From: an uncultured Armatimonadia bacterium
GTDB lineage: Bacteria; Armatimonadota; Zipacnadia; CAVVLO01
Assembly: GCA_963749155.1 (NCBI GenBank)
Contig: CAVVLO010000002.1
Span: 64,001 to 128,000 of the forward strand
DNA length: 64,000 bases
Direction of reading: 5' to 3'
A model generated the notes under the pieces. It worked only from the letters and a program-made list of their open reading frames with translations, was not told the DNA's origin and made no database searches. The position numbers and the translations under genes were made by a program. Below, piece after piece: positions 8,978 through 19,486 of this stretch (its first letter is position 1; each line of letters starts with the position of its first letter).

Positions 8978-9982
8978 GTGAGTGAACTCCGCTGGCATCC
9001 CTTCCTCCAGCAGTGGGTGATTACGGCTACGCATCGGCAGGACAGGACCTTCCTGCCGCCGGCAGACTTCTGCCCGCTTTGCCCAACCAGGCCGGGCGCC
9101 TTCCCTACCGAGATCCCCGAGCCGACCTATGATCTAGCTGTGTTCCAGAACAAGTTCCCTTCGCTTCAACACCCGGCCCCTGGCCCGGCTGTGAGCGGTA
9201 ATGACCTGCACCCAGTCGATCTGGCCGAGGGCATCTGCGAGGTCGTCGTATACACCCCGCGCCACGCGGGTACCCTTGCCGACCAGCCCCTCAGCCAGAT
9301 TGAGAAGCTGGTACATGTCTGGACAGATCGCTATGAACAACTCGGAGCCAAGGACTTCATCGATTATGTCTTTATCTTCGAGAACAAGGGCAGAGCCATA
9401 GGGGTTACGCTGGACCACCCGCATGGGCAGATTTACGCCTTCCCCTACATACCGCCCTATATCCAGACAGAACTGGCAAGTGAGCAAGCTCACCTCGACC
9501 GCACCGGCAACTGCCTGATGTGCGATGTGCTGGCTGATGAGTATTCTGATGTTGGTGAAGCAGGTCAGCCCAGGCGAGTAGTGGCCGAAAACGATTCTTT
9601 CGTGGCCTTCATACCCTTCTTTGCGCGCTGGCCATATGAAACCTACCTTGCGCCGAAGAGCCACAGAGCGAGCCTGGCCGAACTGGATTCAGTCGAGAAA
9701 CATGAGCTGGCAGTGCTGCTCAAACGTTTACTGCTCGGTTATGACAGGCTGTTTGGATTCTCTCTGCCCTACATAATGGTGATGCATCAGGCGCCAGTGG
9801 ATGGCGGAGCCTGGCCTGGCTCCCATCTGCATATCGAATTCTATCCTCCCAACCGCACAGCCCAGAAGCTCAAGTATCTGGCCGGCTGCGAATCGGGGGC
9901 CGGAAGCTATATCAACGACACGCTGGCGGAAGAGAAAGCCGCAGACCTGCGGGCAGTTGTGCCGATGGAGGCTGAATTATGA
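8978..9982 (+). CDS. galT: Galactose-1-phosphate uridylyltransferase
   Basis: CPLCP, NKFP, FENKG, catalytic HPHGQ, LKYLAGCE. Confidence 0.95.
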   Translation: MSELRWHPFLQQWVITATHRQDRTFLPPADFCPLCPTRPGAFPTEIPEPTYDLAVFQNKFPSLQHPAPGPAVSGNDLHPVDLAEGICEVVVYTPRHAGTLADQPLSQIEKLVHVWTDRYEQLGAKDFIDYVFIFENKGRAIGVTLDHPHGQIYAFPYIPPYIQTELASEQAHLDRTGNCLMCDVLADEYSDVGEAGQPRRVVAENDSFVAFIPFFARWPYETYLAPKSHRASLAELDSVEKHELAVLLKRLLLGYDRLFGFSLPYIMVMHQAPVDGGAWPGSHLHIEFYPPNRTAQKLKYLAGCESGAGSYINDTLAEEKAADLRAVVPMEAEL

Positions 9983-11187
9983 GGCCAGATGGGCTTGAAG
10001 GTATCCCTCCTCTTTCTTTCCACGACCTGGCTCTCCAGCTGGAAAGCAAACTGGGAAGCAAGGCAACCAAGGCGGCCCGGGCGCCAGGCCGAGTGAATCT
10101 CATAGGCGAGCATACCGACTACAATGCCGGCTATGTGTTGCCCGCCGCACTGCAGTTTGAAGTCAGGGCAGTTGGGGAGGCGCGCGATGACGGGCTCGTG
10201 CGGGCTTACTCGACCAACTTCGATGAAGTAGCCGAATTCTCTCTCGAAGAGCCTCTGGAGCGCTCTACCGAACATACCTGGATCAATTACATCAAGGGAG
10301 TAGCCTGGGCCCTTCGGAAGCATGGTTATCCTGTGCTTGGACTTGATCTGGCTACCTGGGGTAATGTGCCCCTCAGCTCTGGGCTCTCTTCTTCGGCTGC
10401 GATGGAAGTCTGCATTGCGACCCTCTTCGAAGGGGCTATGGGCGTTGGTATAGAGGGCAAAGACAAAGCCCTTGCCTGCCAGGAAGCCGAAAATGGTTTC
10501 GTTGGCGTAAATTGCGGGATTATGGACCAGTTCATCTCCGCGCTCGGAGAGGCAGGTCATGCCCTTTTCATAGACACCCGCACTCTGGATTATCGTTCTG
10601 TTCCCCTTTGGGAGACAGGCTACAAGCTGCTGATTGTAAACACCAACAAGCCCAGGCAGCTAGTAGATTCGGAGTACAACACCCGGCGCGCGCAGTGCGA
10701 GCAGGCCGTAGCGCTGCTTGGCAAGGAAGGCATAAAGTGTGAAGCGCTCCGAGATGTCAGCAGTCAGCAACTGGAAGAACACCAGGCGGCACTTCCCGAG
10801 GTCGTGTACCGGCGAGCCCGGCATGTCATAACCGAAGACGAACGCGTCCTTGAAGCTATGGAAGTGCTTGGTCAGCAGGATTTGGAAGCTTTCGGCGAAC
10901 TAATGAATCAGTCGCATAATAGCCTGCGCGACGATTACGAAGTGAGCTCGGTCGAACTCGACCTGCTGGTTGAGCTTGCTCGTCGAGTGCCTGGCGTGCT
11001 TGGCAGCAGGATGACCGGGGCAGGTTTCGGTGGTTGCACGGTTACTTTGATTGACGAAGGCCACGGAACAGACTTCGCTGCCCAGGTGCTGCCCGAATAC
11101 CAGCGCAAGACCGGGCTTGTGCCCGAGCTATGGGTGTGTAACGCCTCAGATGGGGCGGAGCTAGTTGAGCTTGAGGAGGTTTTGTAA
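9979..11187 (+). CDS. galK: Galactokinase
   Basis: GRVNLIGEHTDYN, GLSSSAA, CGIMDQ, SRMTGAGFGGC; ATGA overlap with galT. Confidence 0.96.
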   Translation: MRPDGLEGIPPLSFHDLALQLESKLGSKATKAARAPGRVNLIGEHTDYNAGYVLPAALQFEVRAVGEARDDGLVRAYSTNFDEVAEFSLEEPLERSTEHTWINYIKGVAWALRKHGYPVLGLDLATWGNVPLSSGLSSSAAMEVCIATLFEGAMGVGIEGKDKALACQEAENGFVGVNCGIMDQFISALGEAGHALFIDTRTLDYRSVPLWETGYKLLIVNTNKPRQLVDSEYNTRRAQCEQAVALLGKEGIKCEALRDVSSQQLEEHQAALPEVVYRRARHVITEDERVLEAMEVLGQQDLEAFGELMNQSHNSLRDDYEVSSVELDLLVELARRVPGVLGSRMTGAGFGGCTVTLIDEGHGTDFAAQVLPEYQRKTGLVPELWVCNASDGAELVELEEVL

Positions 11188-11188
11188 G

Positions 11189-12337
11189 ATGTCAGATATG
11201 GATTGGGAAGCCCTGGAGCCCGCAGCAGCGCGCGAGGCCGAGTTCGCTATCAAACTGGCGCGAGTCAGGCAGTTCCTGGCCGAGAAAGACCTGGGCGGCC
11301 TGTTGCTTTCACGTATCGATAACTTCGCCTGGATAACCTGTGGCGGGGACAGTTATGTACCTGTAAATGCGGAGGGAGGCGTGGCTTCCTTCCTCATCAC
11401 TCAGGATAACCAATATCTGGTAACCAATAATATCGAGCTGCCTCGCATCACCGATGAAGAGCTGGGGTCGCTCCCCTGCGAGAAGCTGACCGGCTACTGG
11501 TTCGAAGACGAGCCAATCCAGCAGGTCAAGCAACTTGCCAAGGGTAAACTGGCAACAGATGCAGCTCTTGAGGGCGCTACCAGTGTCGGGGCTGATATGT
11601 GGAAGCTGCGCGCCGAACTCACTCCCCCAGAGGTAGAGCGGTTCCAGGAACTCGGCGAGCTGGCTGCCTCGGCGATGACCGAGACTATCCTCGAAGCTGC
11701 GCGCGGTGATACCGAATGGGAACTGGCTGCCGTGCTCTCGGGGATGCTGATGGCTGACGGGGTGCTCCCTGTCGTGACCCTTGTGGCCTCGGATGAACGC
11801 ATCAACAAATATCGCCATCCCCTGCCCGCCATGAAAGAAGTCGAGCACTATGCGATGCTGGTGCTGTGCGCGAAATGGCGCGGACTGATCGCCTCGATGA
11901 CGCGTTTCGTGGCCTTCGACAGACTGCCAGCCGCACTTGAAAAGAAAAATCAGGCTGTTGCCAACATCGATGCGACCTTCATCCTTAATACGCGGCCAGG
12001 GGCAAGCGCCGGCGACATCTTCGCCCGGGCGGTTGAGGTCTACGAAGCCACTGGTTACGCGGAAGAATGGAAGTTGCATCACCAGGGCGGCGCCTGCGGG
12101 TATGCAGGACGCGACTGGAAAGCCACGCCGGGCTGTGATTTCGAAGTGCTGCCCAACCAGGCTTATGCCTGGAATCCGTCCATCACAGGCACCAAGTCTG
12201 AGGACACTATCATCACCGGCGCAACACCTGACAGCAAGCCGATTGTAATCACGGCAACTCCCGAGCTGCCTACTGTTAAAGTGGAAACCCCCTGGGGCAG
12301 CCTTGAGCGGCCTGCTTTCTATTTCGCCGAGGCTTAG
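11189..12337 (+). CDS. M24 (pita-bread fold) family protein, HHQGG subgroup
   Basis: Creatinase-like N-terminal domain, GLIASMTR, HHQGGACGY, WNPS, KSEDT; GAGGAGG RBS; starts 1 nt after the galK stop. Confidence 0.8.
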   Translation: MSDMDWEALEPAAAREAEFAIKLARVRQFLAEKDLGGLLLSRIDNFAWITCGGDSYVPVNAEGGVASFLITQDNQYLVTNNIELPRITDEELGSLPCEKLTGYWFEDEPIQQVKQLAKGKLATDAALEGATSVGADMWKLRAELTPPEVERFQELGELAASAMTETILEAARGDTEWELAAVLSGMLMADGVLPVVTLVASDERINKYRHPLPAMKEVEHYAMLVLCAKWRGLIASMTRFVAFDRLPAALEKKNQAVANIDATFILNTRPGASAGDIFARAVEVYEATGYAEEWKLHHQGGACGYAGRDWKATPGCDFEVLPNQAYAWNPSITGTKSEDTIITGATPDSKPIVITATPELPTVKVETPWGSLERPAFYFAEA

Positions 12338-12438
12338 GCCTGGCAGAGTAGTCTCGAACACCGAGTTAGCTGACCGGGTCGCACGAAGGTGTGGCTCGGT
12401 CAGTTTTCGCCGAAACCAGCCAAGGACAGGAACAGCCT

Positions 12439-15400
12439 GTGCGCTTAAAGCGACTCGAAATCAAAGGCTTCAAAAGTTTTATGGACAAGGCGGCCCTGGA
12501 ATTTGCCCCTGGGCTTTCAGCCCTGGTGGGGCCTAACGGGTCGGGGAAATCCAATCTGCTGGATGCGCTTGTCTGGGTGCTGGGTGAACAAAAAGCCAGC
12601 GCCATGCGCGCTGAGGCGGGCGCCGAAGTCATTTTCGGGGGCGCCTCGGGGGCCAGGGCGGCTGGCCTTGCTGAAGTCACGCTCGTCGTTGACAACACTG
12701 ACCGCAAACTGACCCTCCCCCATGACGAGGTAGAAGTCACCAGGCGACTTTTCCGGAGTGGTGACTCGGAGTACTGGCTGGGCGGCAAGAAGGCCCGCCT
12801 GCGCGACATCCGCGATCTGTTCCTCGATACGGGCGCGGGCAAAGAAGCCTACTCCCTGGTCAACCAGCAGCAAGTAGATGCCGTGCTTTCGCTGCGCGGA
12901 GATGACAGGCGCAGGCTGATAGAGGAAGCCGCTCACGTCTCGCGCTATCGGGCCAGGCGTCAGGAAGCCTGGCAGAAGCTCCAGCGGACTGAACAGAATC
13001 TGCTGCGCGCCGGAGACCTGCAAGCAGAGCTTTCCGAGCGTATCGAATCTTTGCGCGAACCCGCGGTGACCGCCCGCAGTTACCGGGATCTAAAACGTCA
13101 ACTGGATGCAGTCGAACAGGCCGTTATCGTAGCCCAGATGCTCGGCAGGCAGCAGAATCTGCGAGAGTTGGACACAGAACTCGCTGGCAGGGCTAGCGAT
13201 CTCACCAAACTGCAGGCCGAACGACTCGAGCTTGATGAGCGCGCCGCAAAACTGGCCCAGGAAGGCCGCGAGGCGGAGGAGCAGCTGACCTCTGAGCAGG
13301 AACGCCTTAGGCGGCTGTCAAGTGAACAATCGCGGCTGGACACCGAGATTGCCCTGGCCGAACAACAGAAGGAGTTCGCCGAAAGGCGTCTCCAGGAGAC
13401 AGCCACTCGCCAGGACGAACCCGAGCACCGGCTGGCAGAGCTGGAAGAACGCGGCCGCAAGGAACAGCAGGAGCTGGACGAGGCTGAGCGCAAGGCTCAA
13501 ATCGCTGGCGAACGTCATGAGACCGCTCTTGAAGCCGAGCGCAGCGCCCTTGGCCTGCTTGCGCGCAAGCGGGCGGCGTTACTCGAATTGCAGCAACAAC
13601 GCGCAGGACTGCTTTCCAAACAGGCTTCACTTGAGGGCCAGGTAGAGCGCACTTCGGCAGAGGTAGAAGCGCTGGAACGCGAGTCTGCAGGGCTTGAAGA
13701 GCGCCTCCGCACCCTTACCGCCGAACTGGCTGAAGCCAAGGAGCAGACCAAACAGGCCCAGCGAGACAAGGCCGAGGCCGCAGAAGCAGTTCGTAAACAG
13801 GAAGCGCAGGTCTCCACCTTGGAGGCAAGCGAGAAAACTGCCTCCCTGGCTAACTCCGAAGCGAACGCTGCCCTGACTCGACTTGAGCGAGAGCTTATAG
13901 AGCTGCGCGCCAGGCTGACAGCGCTTGAGGAGCTGGACGCCTCTCACGAGGGCGTTGCGCGCCCTGCCCGCGAGTTGATCAGCGCTCTCGATGGCGAGTT
14001 AAGCGGCAAACTGAGATTGCTTGTAGACCTTTTTGAGCTGCCTGCAGAGGCCCCTGAGTGGCTAATTGCGTTACTTGCTTCGCTTGAATCCGTGGTTGTC
14101 GCGGAGGATGCCCCAGTCGCAGCGCTCGCTCACACTTTGCTTGCCGAGCGTCAGGTAGGCCTGGCTACTTTGGTGTGGAGTGGCGGAGCCTCTGCTGGAC
14201 CGGCTGGGCAAACCCTGGCGGAGCTTGTTACACCTGGCAAGGATGCGCTTGCTTTGCTTAAGGCGATCCCTGTGGTCGAGACCGCCGCAGAAGCCGGCAA
14301 GCTAGCCGCCGAGGGCGCCTGGCCCCTGGTGCTTGCGAGGCAAGGAGGGGTATTCTTCTCCCCGCGCGCCGCAGCAGTTGGCGCCGGCAAGTTGCAACCG
14401 ACTTCTCCAATGGCGCGGAAAGCTGAGGCCGGCAGGCTGAAGCAAGCCGGCCAGGCTCTGGAAGGCCGCGTTGAAGAGGCTCGCAAGATGCAGGTTGAAA
14501 GTCTGGAGCGACTCGAAACCGCGCGAGGCGAACTGGCTAACGCCAGAGCAAGCCTTGGAGAGCAGCGGACACTTGCCAGGGAGACCGAGCGCGCCTTGCA
14601 ACAGGCGGAGCAAGATTACGCCCGAAGCGAGCGCGAGCTTAAGGCGCTTAAACAGCGGTCGGTCGAGATGGCCACCTCGCTTGGGCGCAAGCGGGAAGAG
14701 CTGGCCCGCCATAGCGAGGCAAGAGAGAAGACTCAACACACCCTGGATGAACTAATCAAACAGGAGCCAGTCCGCTCCCAGGCGATTGAACGAGCCGAGG
14801 AAGAAGCCGAAGTTGCTCAGACCGCAACTGGGGAAGCCAGGCTCGTGCTTGAGAGGGCCAAAATGGCTCACCGCACCGTAGAGCAGGACGCCCAGCGCAC
14901 CGCTGGCACACTTCAGAGGCTGCGCGACCAGATCGCGCGCGAGAAGCAGCTTCACCTGGAGACCGCGGCTGAACTGGCCAGTCTGACCCAGCAACTTTCT
15001 GTATTGGAGCCACAACGCAAGGGCCTGGCTGCGCAGCTCGAAACTCAGGAACACCGAGTTGAGCAGCTTATCACCGTCCGAGGTGAAGCCAGAGCCAGGC
15101 TCGCTGAGCAGGAGAGTGGCCGGCGTCTGGTGGGGCAGCAACTCGCCGAGGTTGAGGCCGAAGTTCATAAGCTGGAGATGAACAGGCTGCGTCTCGAGAG
15201 CCAGCTCGAAGCGCTTGACCAGCGGCTTTATGAACGGTTCGAAATCACTTTGGCCCAGCTTCCCAACCCCGAACAGGTTGCCGATGAGCGCCAGGCCACC
15301 ATCTCCGAAGTTGACCGTTTGCGGAAGGAACTGCGAAGCCTAGGCGAGGTAAACCTGGGCGCTATACAGGAGCTTGACGAGTGCGAGGCCCATTATAACT

Positions 15401-15957
15401 CCAGGCAGAAGCAGATAGATGACCTGCTCGAAGCCAAGCAAAGCCTCGCCCAGATGATAAACGAGATAGACGAAACGAGCGCCAGGCAGTTTGCTGAGAC
15501 ACTGGAGCTGGTCGCAAGCGCCTTCCAGCGTCGGTTCGAAGACGTCTTTGGGGGCGGCAAGGCCGAGTTGGTTCTGGAAGAGCCGGACAATCTGCTGGAG
15601 TCAGGTGTCACGCTCAAAGCCCAGCCCCCAGGCAAGCGTATGCAGAGCCTGGAATTGCTGTCAGGGGGCGAAAGAGCCCTGGTAGCGCTGGCCTTCCTGT
15701 TCGCGCTGCTCGAAGTCAATCCAGCGCCTTTCTGCCTGCTGGACGAAGTGGACGCGCCTCTTGATGAAGTCAACGTGAAGAAGTTCCTTGCGCTGCTGGA
15801 CAGGTTCAAGGAAGACACCCAGTTTATGGTTGTGACTCATAATCCAGTCACGATGAAAGCGGCGGATGCTCTGTATGGGGTTGCTATGGAGGACCCAGGG
15901 CGCAGCAAGTTGCTCTCATATCGGATGCCCAAACGCGAGCTAGCCGCGCAAGACTAG
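12439..15957 (+). CDS. smc: Chromosome segregation protein SMC
   Basis: GFKSF, GPNGSGKSN, long coiled coils, LSGGE, LLDEVDAPLD, VVTH; followed by ftsY. Confidence 0.95.
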   Translation: MRLKRLEIKGFKSFMDKAALEFAPGLSALVGPNGSGKSNLLDALVWVLGEQKASAMRAEAGAEVIFGGASGARAAGLAEVTLVVDNTDRKLTLPHDEVEVTRRLFRSGDSEYWLGGKKARLRDIRDLFLDTGAGKEAYSLVNQQQVDAVLSLRGDDRRRLIEEAAHVSRYRARRQEAWQKLQRTEQNLLRAGDLQAELSERIESLREPAVTARSYRDLKRQLDAVEQAVIVAQMLGRQQNLRELDTELAGRASDLTKLQAERLELDERAAKLAQEGREAEEQLTSEQERLRRLSSEQSRLDTEIALAEQQKEFAERRLQETATRQDEPEHRLAELEERGRKEQQELDEAERKAQIAGERHETALEAERSALGLLARKRAALLELQQQRAGLLSKQASLEGQVERTSAEVEALERESAGLEERLRTLTAELAEAKEQTKQAQRDKAEAAEAVRKQEAQVSTLEASEKTASLANSEANAALTRLERELIELRARLTALEELDASHEGVARPARELISALDGELSGKLRLLVDLFELPAEAPEWLIALLASLESVVVAEDAPVAALAHTLLAERQVGLATLVWSGGASAGPAGQTLAELVTPGKDALALLKAIPVVETAAEAGKLAAEGAWPLVLARQGGVFFSPRAAAVGAGKLQPTSPMARKAEAGRLKQAGQALEGRVEEARKMQVESLERLETARGELANARASLGEQRTLARETERALQQAEQDYARSERELKALKQRSVEMATSLGRKREELARHSEAREKTQHTLDELIKQEPVRSQAIERAEEEAEVAQTATGEARLVLERAKMAHRTVEQDAQRTAGTLQRLRDQIAREKQLHLETAAELASLTQQLSVLEPQRKGLAAQLETQEHRVEQLITVRGEARARLAEQESGRRLVGQQLAEVEAEVHKLEMNRLRLESQLEALDQRLYERFEITLAQLPNPEQVADERQATISEVDRLRKELRSLGEVNLGAIQELDECEAHYNSRQKQIDDLLEAKQSLAQMINEIDETSARQFAETLELVASAFQRRFEDVFGGGKAELVLEEPDNLLESGVTLKAQPPGKRMQSLELLSGGERALVALAFLFALLEVNPAPFCLLDEVDAPLDEVNVKKFLALLDRFKEDTQFMVVTHNPVTMKAADALYGVAMEDPGRSKLLSYRMPKRELAAQD

Positions 15958-15974
15958 CCAAGGAGTCTCACACG

Positions 15975-16850
15975 ATGTTCGGAGGAATCTTCAAGCAACT
16001 CGGCGGCCTGCTGCTGGGAGCTAGCAAGGTGGATGACACGCTGCTCGATGAGCTCGAGGAGTTGCTCGTGCGGGGTGATGTAGGCGGAGAGCTTGCCATG
16101 CAGCTTACGGACGAGGTGCGTGAACAAGTCGAAAAGCGTAATCTGCAAAATGGCGAGCAGGTGCGCGACTATCTCAAACTCAGAGTCAAGCGCCTGGTAC
16201 AGTCTCTCGAAGGGGAGCTCAAGGTAGGCCCAACCTCCCCAACTGTCTACTTGTTTGTCGGCGTAAATGGCACAGGCAAGACTACGACCATCGGCAAACT
16301 CGCTTACAGACTGACCAGTCAGGGCAAGAAGGTATTGCTTGCAGCCGGAGACACCTTCAGAGCAGCCGCCATCGAGCAGCTCGAGATTTGGGCAAACAGG
16401 GCGGGAGCCGATATCGTCAAGCACAAAGAAGGCGCTGATCCGGGCGCAGTGCTCTTCGATGCCATCCAGGCAGCCAAAGCCCGCGGCTCGGACTATGTAA
16501 TCGCCGACACGGCAGGACGCCTCCACACCAAGCAGAATCTGATGACCGAGCTTGCCAAAGTAGAACGGATTTGCGAACGCGAGCTTGGTCGTAAACCAGA
16601 TGAAGTAGTGCTTGTACTCGACGCCACTACAGGGCAGAATGCAATACAACAAGCCAAGCAATTTCGGCAAGCAGTGGAGGTTACCGCGCTGGTGCTTGCC
16701 AAACTTGATAGCAGCGCCAAAGCGGGAGCTGTGCTCTCGATAGCGAAAGAATTACAACTGCCAGTGAAATTGGTCGGCCTGGGAGAGGGTATCGAAAAAC
16801 TCGAACCCTTTGATCCGGAGCTTTATGCGTCCGGACTCTTCGAGGTCTAA
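15975..16850 (+). CDS. ftsY: Signal recognition particle receptor FtsY (NG domain only)
   Basis: [45 protein letters not shown]. Confidence 0.96.
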   Translation: MFGGIFKQLGGLLLGASKVDDTLLDELEELLVRGDVGGELAMQLTDEVREQVEKRNLQNGEQVRDYLKLRVKRLVQSLEGELKVGPTSPTVYLFVGVNGTGKTTTIGKLAYRLTSQGKKVLLAAGDTFRAAAIEQLEIWANRAGADIVKHKEGADPGAVLFDAIQAAKARGSDYVIADTAGRLHTKQNLMTELAKVERICERELGRKPDEVVLVLDATTGQNAIQQAKQFRQAVEVTALVLAKLDSSAKAGAVLSIAKELQLPVKLVGLGEGIEKLEPFDPELYASGLFEV

Positions 16851-16865
16851 CGGAGGGATTACAAA

Positions 16866-18050
16866 ATGATATCCAAACGTCTACAGCAAGTTCAGCCTTC
16901 GGTCACCCTGGCTGTCACTCAGAAGGAGAAGGAGTTGAAAGATCAGGGTATCGCCGTGATAGGTTTTGGCGCGGGCGAGCCTGATTTCGATGCTCCTGAA
17001 CACGTGAAGGAGGCCGTCGCGCTTTCACTGGAGGAGAACTCGACCTCCAAATATACCGCTGCTGCTGGCACCCCAAGCCTCAAACGAGCCATCCAGGTAA
17101 ACATCAAGGCCCATTATGGGCTTACTTATGAGCCGGCTCAGGTCGTTGTGGGCTGCGGCGCCAAGCATGTCCTGTATAACATCATCCAGGTCATCTGTGA
17201 CGTAGGCGATGAGATCATCATTCCTGCGCCTTACTGGGTCAGCTATCCCGAGATGGTCAGGCTTGCCGGTGGCACGCCTGTCTTCGTCGAGACAAGCGCG
17301 GAGCAGAACTATGTGCCTTCGGTAGAGGCGATTATGGCAGCGGTAACGCCGCGCACGAGGGCTGTGGTGGTAAACTCGCCCTCCAATCCGACTGGCGCGC
17401 TGTGGCCTGTACAGGTGATGCGCGACCTGCTGGAGGCGCTGAGGCCTCACGAGCAAGTTATGATTATCTCGGACGACATCTACGACCAGCTTGTTTACGA
17501 TGGCGGCAAGGCGACCAATATTGCCACTCTCGATCCGGACTGGATAGAGCGAATCTTCCTCGTAAACGGGGTTTCGAAGAGTTATGCGATGACCGGCTGG
17601 CGTATTGGCTGGGTCGCTGGCCCGAAGCCCGAGATGAAGGCTATCGCCAACCTGCAGAGTCATAGCACATCCAATCCGACCACCATAGCTCAGATCGCAG
17701 CGGAAGCAGCCTTGATGGGGCCCCAGCAAGGGGTAAGCGAAATGCGCGGTGCTTTCGAGCAGCGGCGCAATCTGATGTGCGCGATGTTTGACAAGATACC
17801 AGGCATCACCTATGTCAAGCCCGATGGCGCTTTCTACGTGTTTGCGGATTTCTCGGCCTATTATGGCAAGCGCGAAGGTATCAACGACTCGCTAACAATG
17901 GCCGATTATCTGCTGACCGAAGGGCATGTCGCTATCGTGCCGGGTATCGCTTTTGGAGATGACCGGTGCCAGCGGTTGTCCTTCGCCTGCAGTGAGCAAC
18001 GCATCGAACAGGGTCTGGCCAAGATCGGAGTAACACTGGCCAAGCTATAA
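16866..18050 (+). CDS. PLP-dependent class I/II (aspartate-type) aminotransferase
   Basis: GAGEPDF, PYWVSY, NSPSNPTG, SDDIY, SKSYAMTGWRIG. Confidence 0.92.
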   Translation: MISKRLQQVQPSVTLAVTQKEKELKDQGIAVIGFGAGEPDFDAPEHVKEAVALSLEENSTSKYTAAAGTPSLKRAIQVNIKAHYGLTYEPAQVVVGCGAKHVLYNIIQVICDVGDEIIIPAPYWVSYPEMVRLAGGTPVFVETSAEQNYVPSVEAIMAAVTPRTRAVVVNSPSNPTGALWPVQVMRDLLEALRPHEQVMIISDDIYDQLVYDGGKATNIATLDPDWIERIFLVNGVSKSYAMTGWRIGWVAGPKPEMKAIANLQSHSTSNPTTIAQIAAEAALMGPQQGVSEMRGAFEQRRNLMCAMFDKIPGITYVKPDGAFYVFADFSAYYGKREGINDSLTMADYLLTEGHVAIVPGIAFGDDRCQRLSFACSEQRIEQGLAKIGVTLAKL

Positions 18051-18069
18051 GTTATCGGGAGGGGTGGCA

Positions 18070-19429
18070 ATGAGACTTGCTGGAGTCGTGTTCTGTCTCT
18101 TGCTGGTCGCGGCACTGCTTGGTGGGTGCGGCGAAGGTGGCGGCACAGGAAGCAGCCTGGACCATCAGACAGCCAGTGCCCGACCGCAGTTGGCCACTCC
18201 ATCTCCTGAGGGCGCGGTAGCTGTGGGCCGGTCGATAAAATATGAAGGTTGGGACGCTCTGGAGCTTTCCAACCAGATCGTTCGACTCGTCTGCGTGCCA
18301 AGTATCGGCGGACGCCTGATCGAGTTTTCGCTGGATGGGGAGAATGCCTTCTGGGTCAATCACGAAGAACTCGGTAAGCTATATCCCCCACCCACCTCTG
18401 AAGCGGAGCGCGTGTGGCACAATTATGGTGGCTCCAAGACCTGGCCTTCGCCCCAGGACCGGTGGGGTGGGCCACGCCGATCCCCTGGGCAGCCTGCTAG
18501 ACGGGGGCATCCATCAAGGCAAACTGCTGCGCGAACGCGGGCCTGTTGCCAGTCTCGAAGCGGTCTCTCCAAGCGATGAAGCAGTGACCGGAGTCAGATT
18601 CTATCGCGAGGCGCAACTCTTCGCGGGGGAAGCGCATGTCCGGTTTATCCAGCGGATGGAAAATGTCAGCGAAGCGCCAGTGCGCTGGAGCATCTGGGAT
18701 GTGACCCAGGTCGTTGCTGAAGAGAAGCCTGGCAAAGGCCCAAGTGGGAAATGCCAGCTCTTTGTGCCTGCCGCAGCCGATGGGAAGATATTCCATATGG
18801 TCGGCCCCGAGGAGGGCGCCCAGTGGATACCTGAAATCGCCCCCGGCATCATCGGGGTCAGCTATACAGGTGAGACAGGCAAGATTGGGGTACACTCGCT
18901 TGCTGGATGGGGCGCTTACCATAACGGCCATACCAACTTGACGTATGTTAAGCGTTTCGAGGTGTTTCCAGAGTTGGAGTACCCCGAGCAGAACTCGAGT
19001 GTCGAGGTCTGGACCAATCCGGCGCCCCCCAGTCTTATGGAACTGGAAGTATTGAGCCCACTGGTCGATTTGCGTCCAGGCGAGGATTATACCTTCGTCC
19101 AGGACTGGTACCTGACACGCTCCGAGGCGCCCATCATCGACACCAACGAGGCTGGCGTGCTTGTAAAGCGGCTTGCCCTGGAAGAGAAAGAAGGCAAGCT
19201 CAAAGTTAAGGGCAGCTATGGAGTATATCGGGCCGCCACCTGGGAGCTTACAGCGCTTGATGGCGACGCGAAGCCCCTTGCCTCCGCGAAGGGAGAATGC
19301 TCTCCGAGCAAACCTTTCGTCCTGGAAGCGACTCTGGAGACCCCTCAGAGCGGTGTTACCAAGCTAGTTTTGCGCCTTCTGGATGCAAGTGGCAGGGCCA
19401 TCGGCAGTCTGGATGAACTGAACCTGTAG
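18070..19429 (+). CDS. Lipoprotein, DUF4380-like; one +1 frameshift near 18475 (probably sequencing error)
   Basis: Lipobox LLGGC; NYGGSKTWPSPQDRWGGP continues in the next frame as DPLGSLLDGG...MELEVLSP; removing one base gives about 452 aa. Confidence 0.7.
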
Positions 19430-19459
19430 CTTTCCAGGCTCTAATCGAAGGAGCTTGAT

Positions 19460-19486
19460 GGCGGGAGCCTTGCTCCCGCCTGTCTT
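19460..19486 (+). terminator. Intrinsic terminator-like hairpin
   Basis: GGCGGGAGC-CTT-GCTCCCGCC, weak T tail TGTCTT. Confidence 0.5.
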
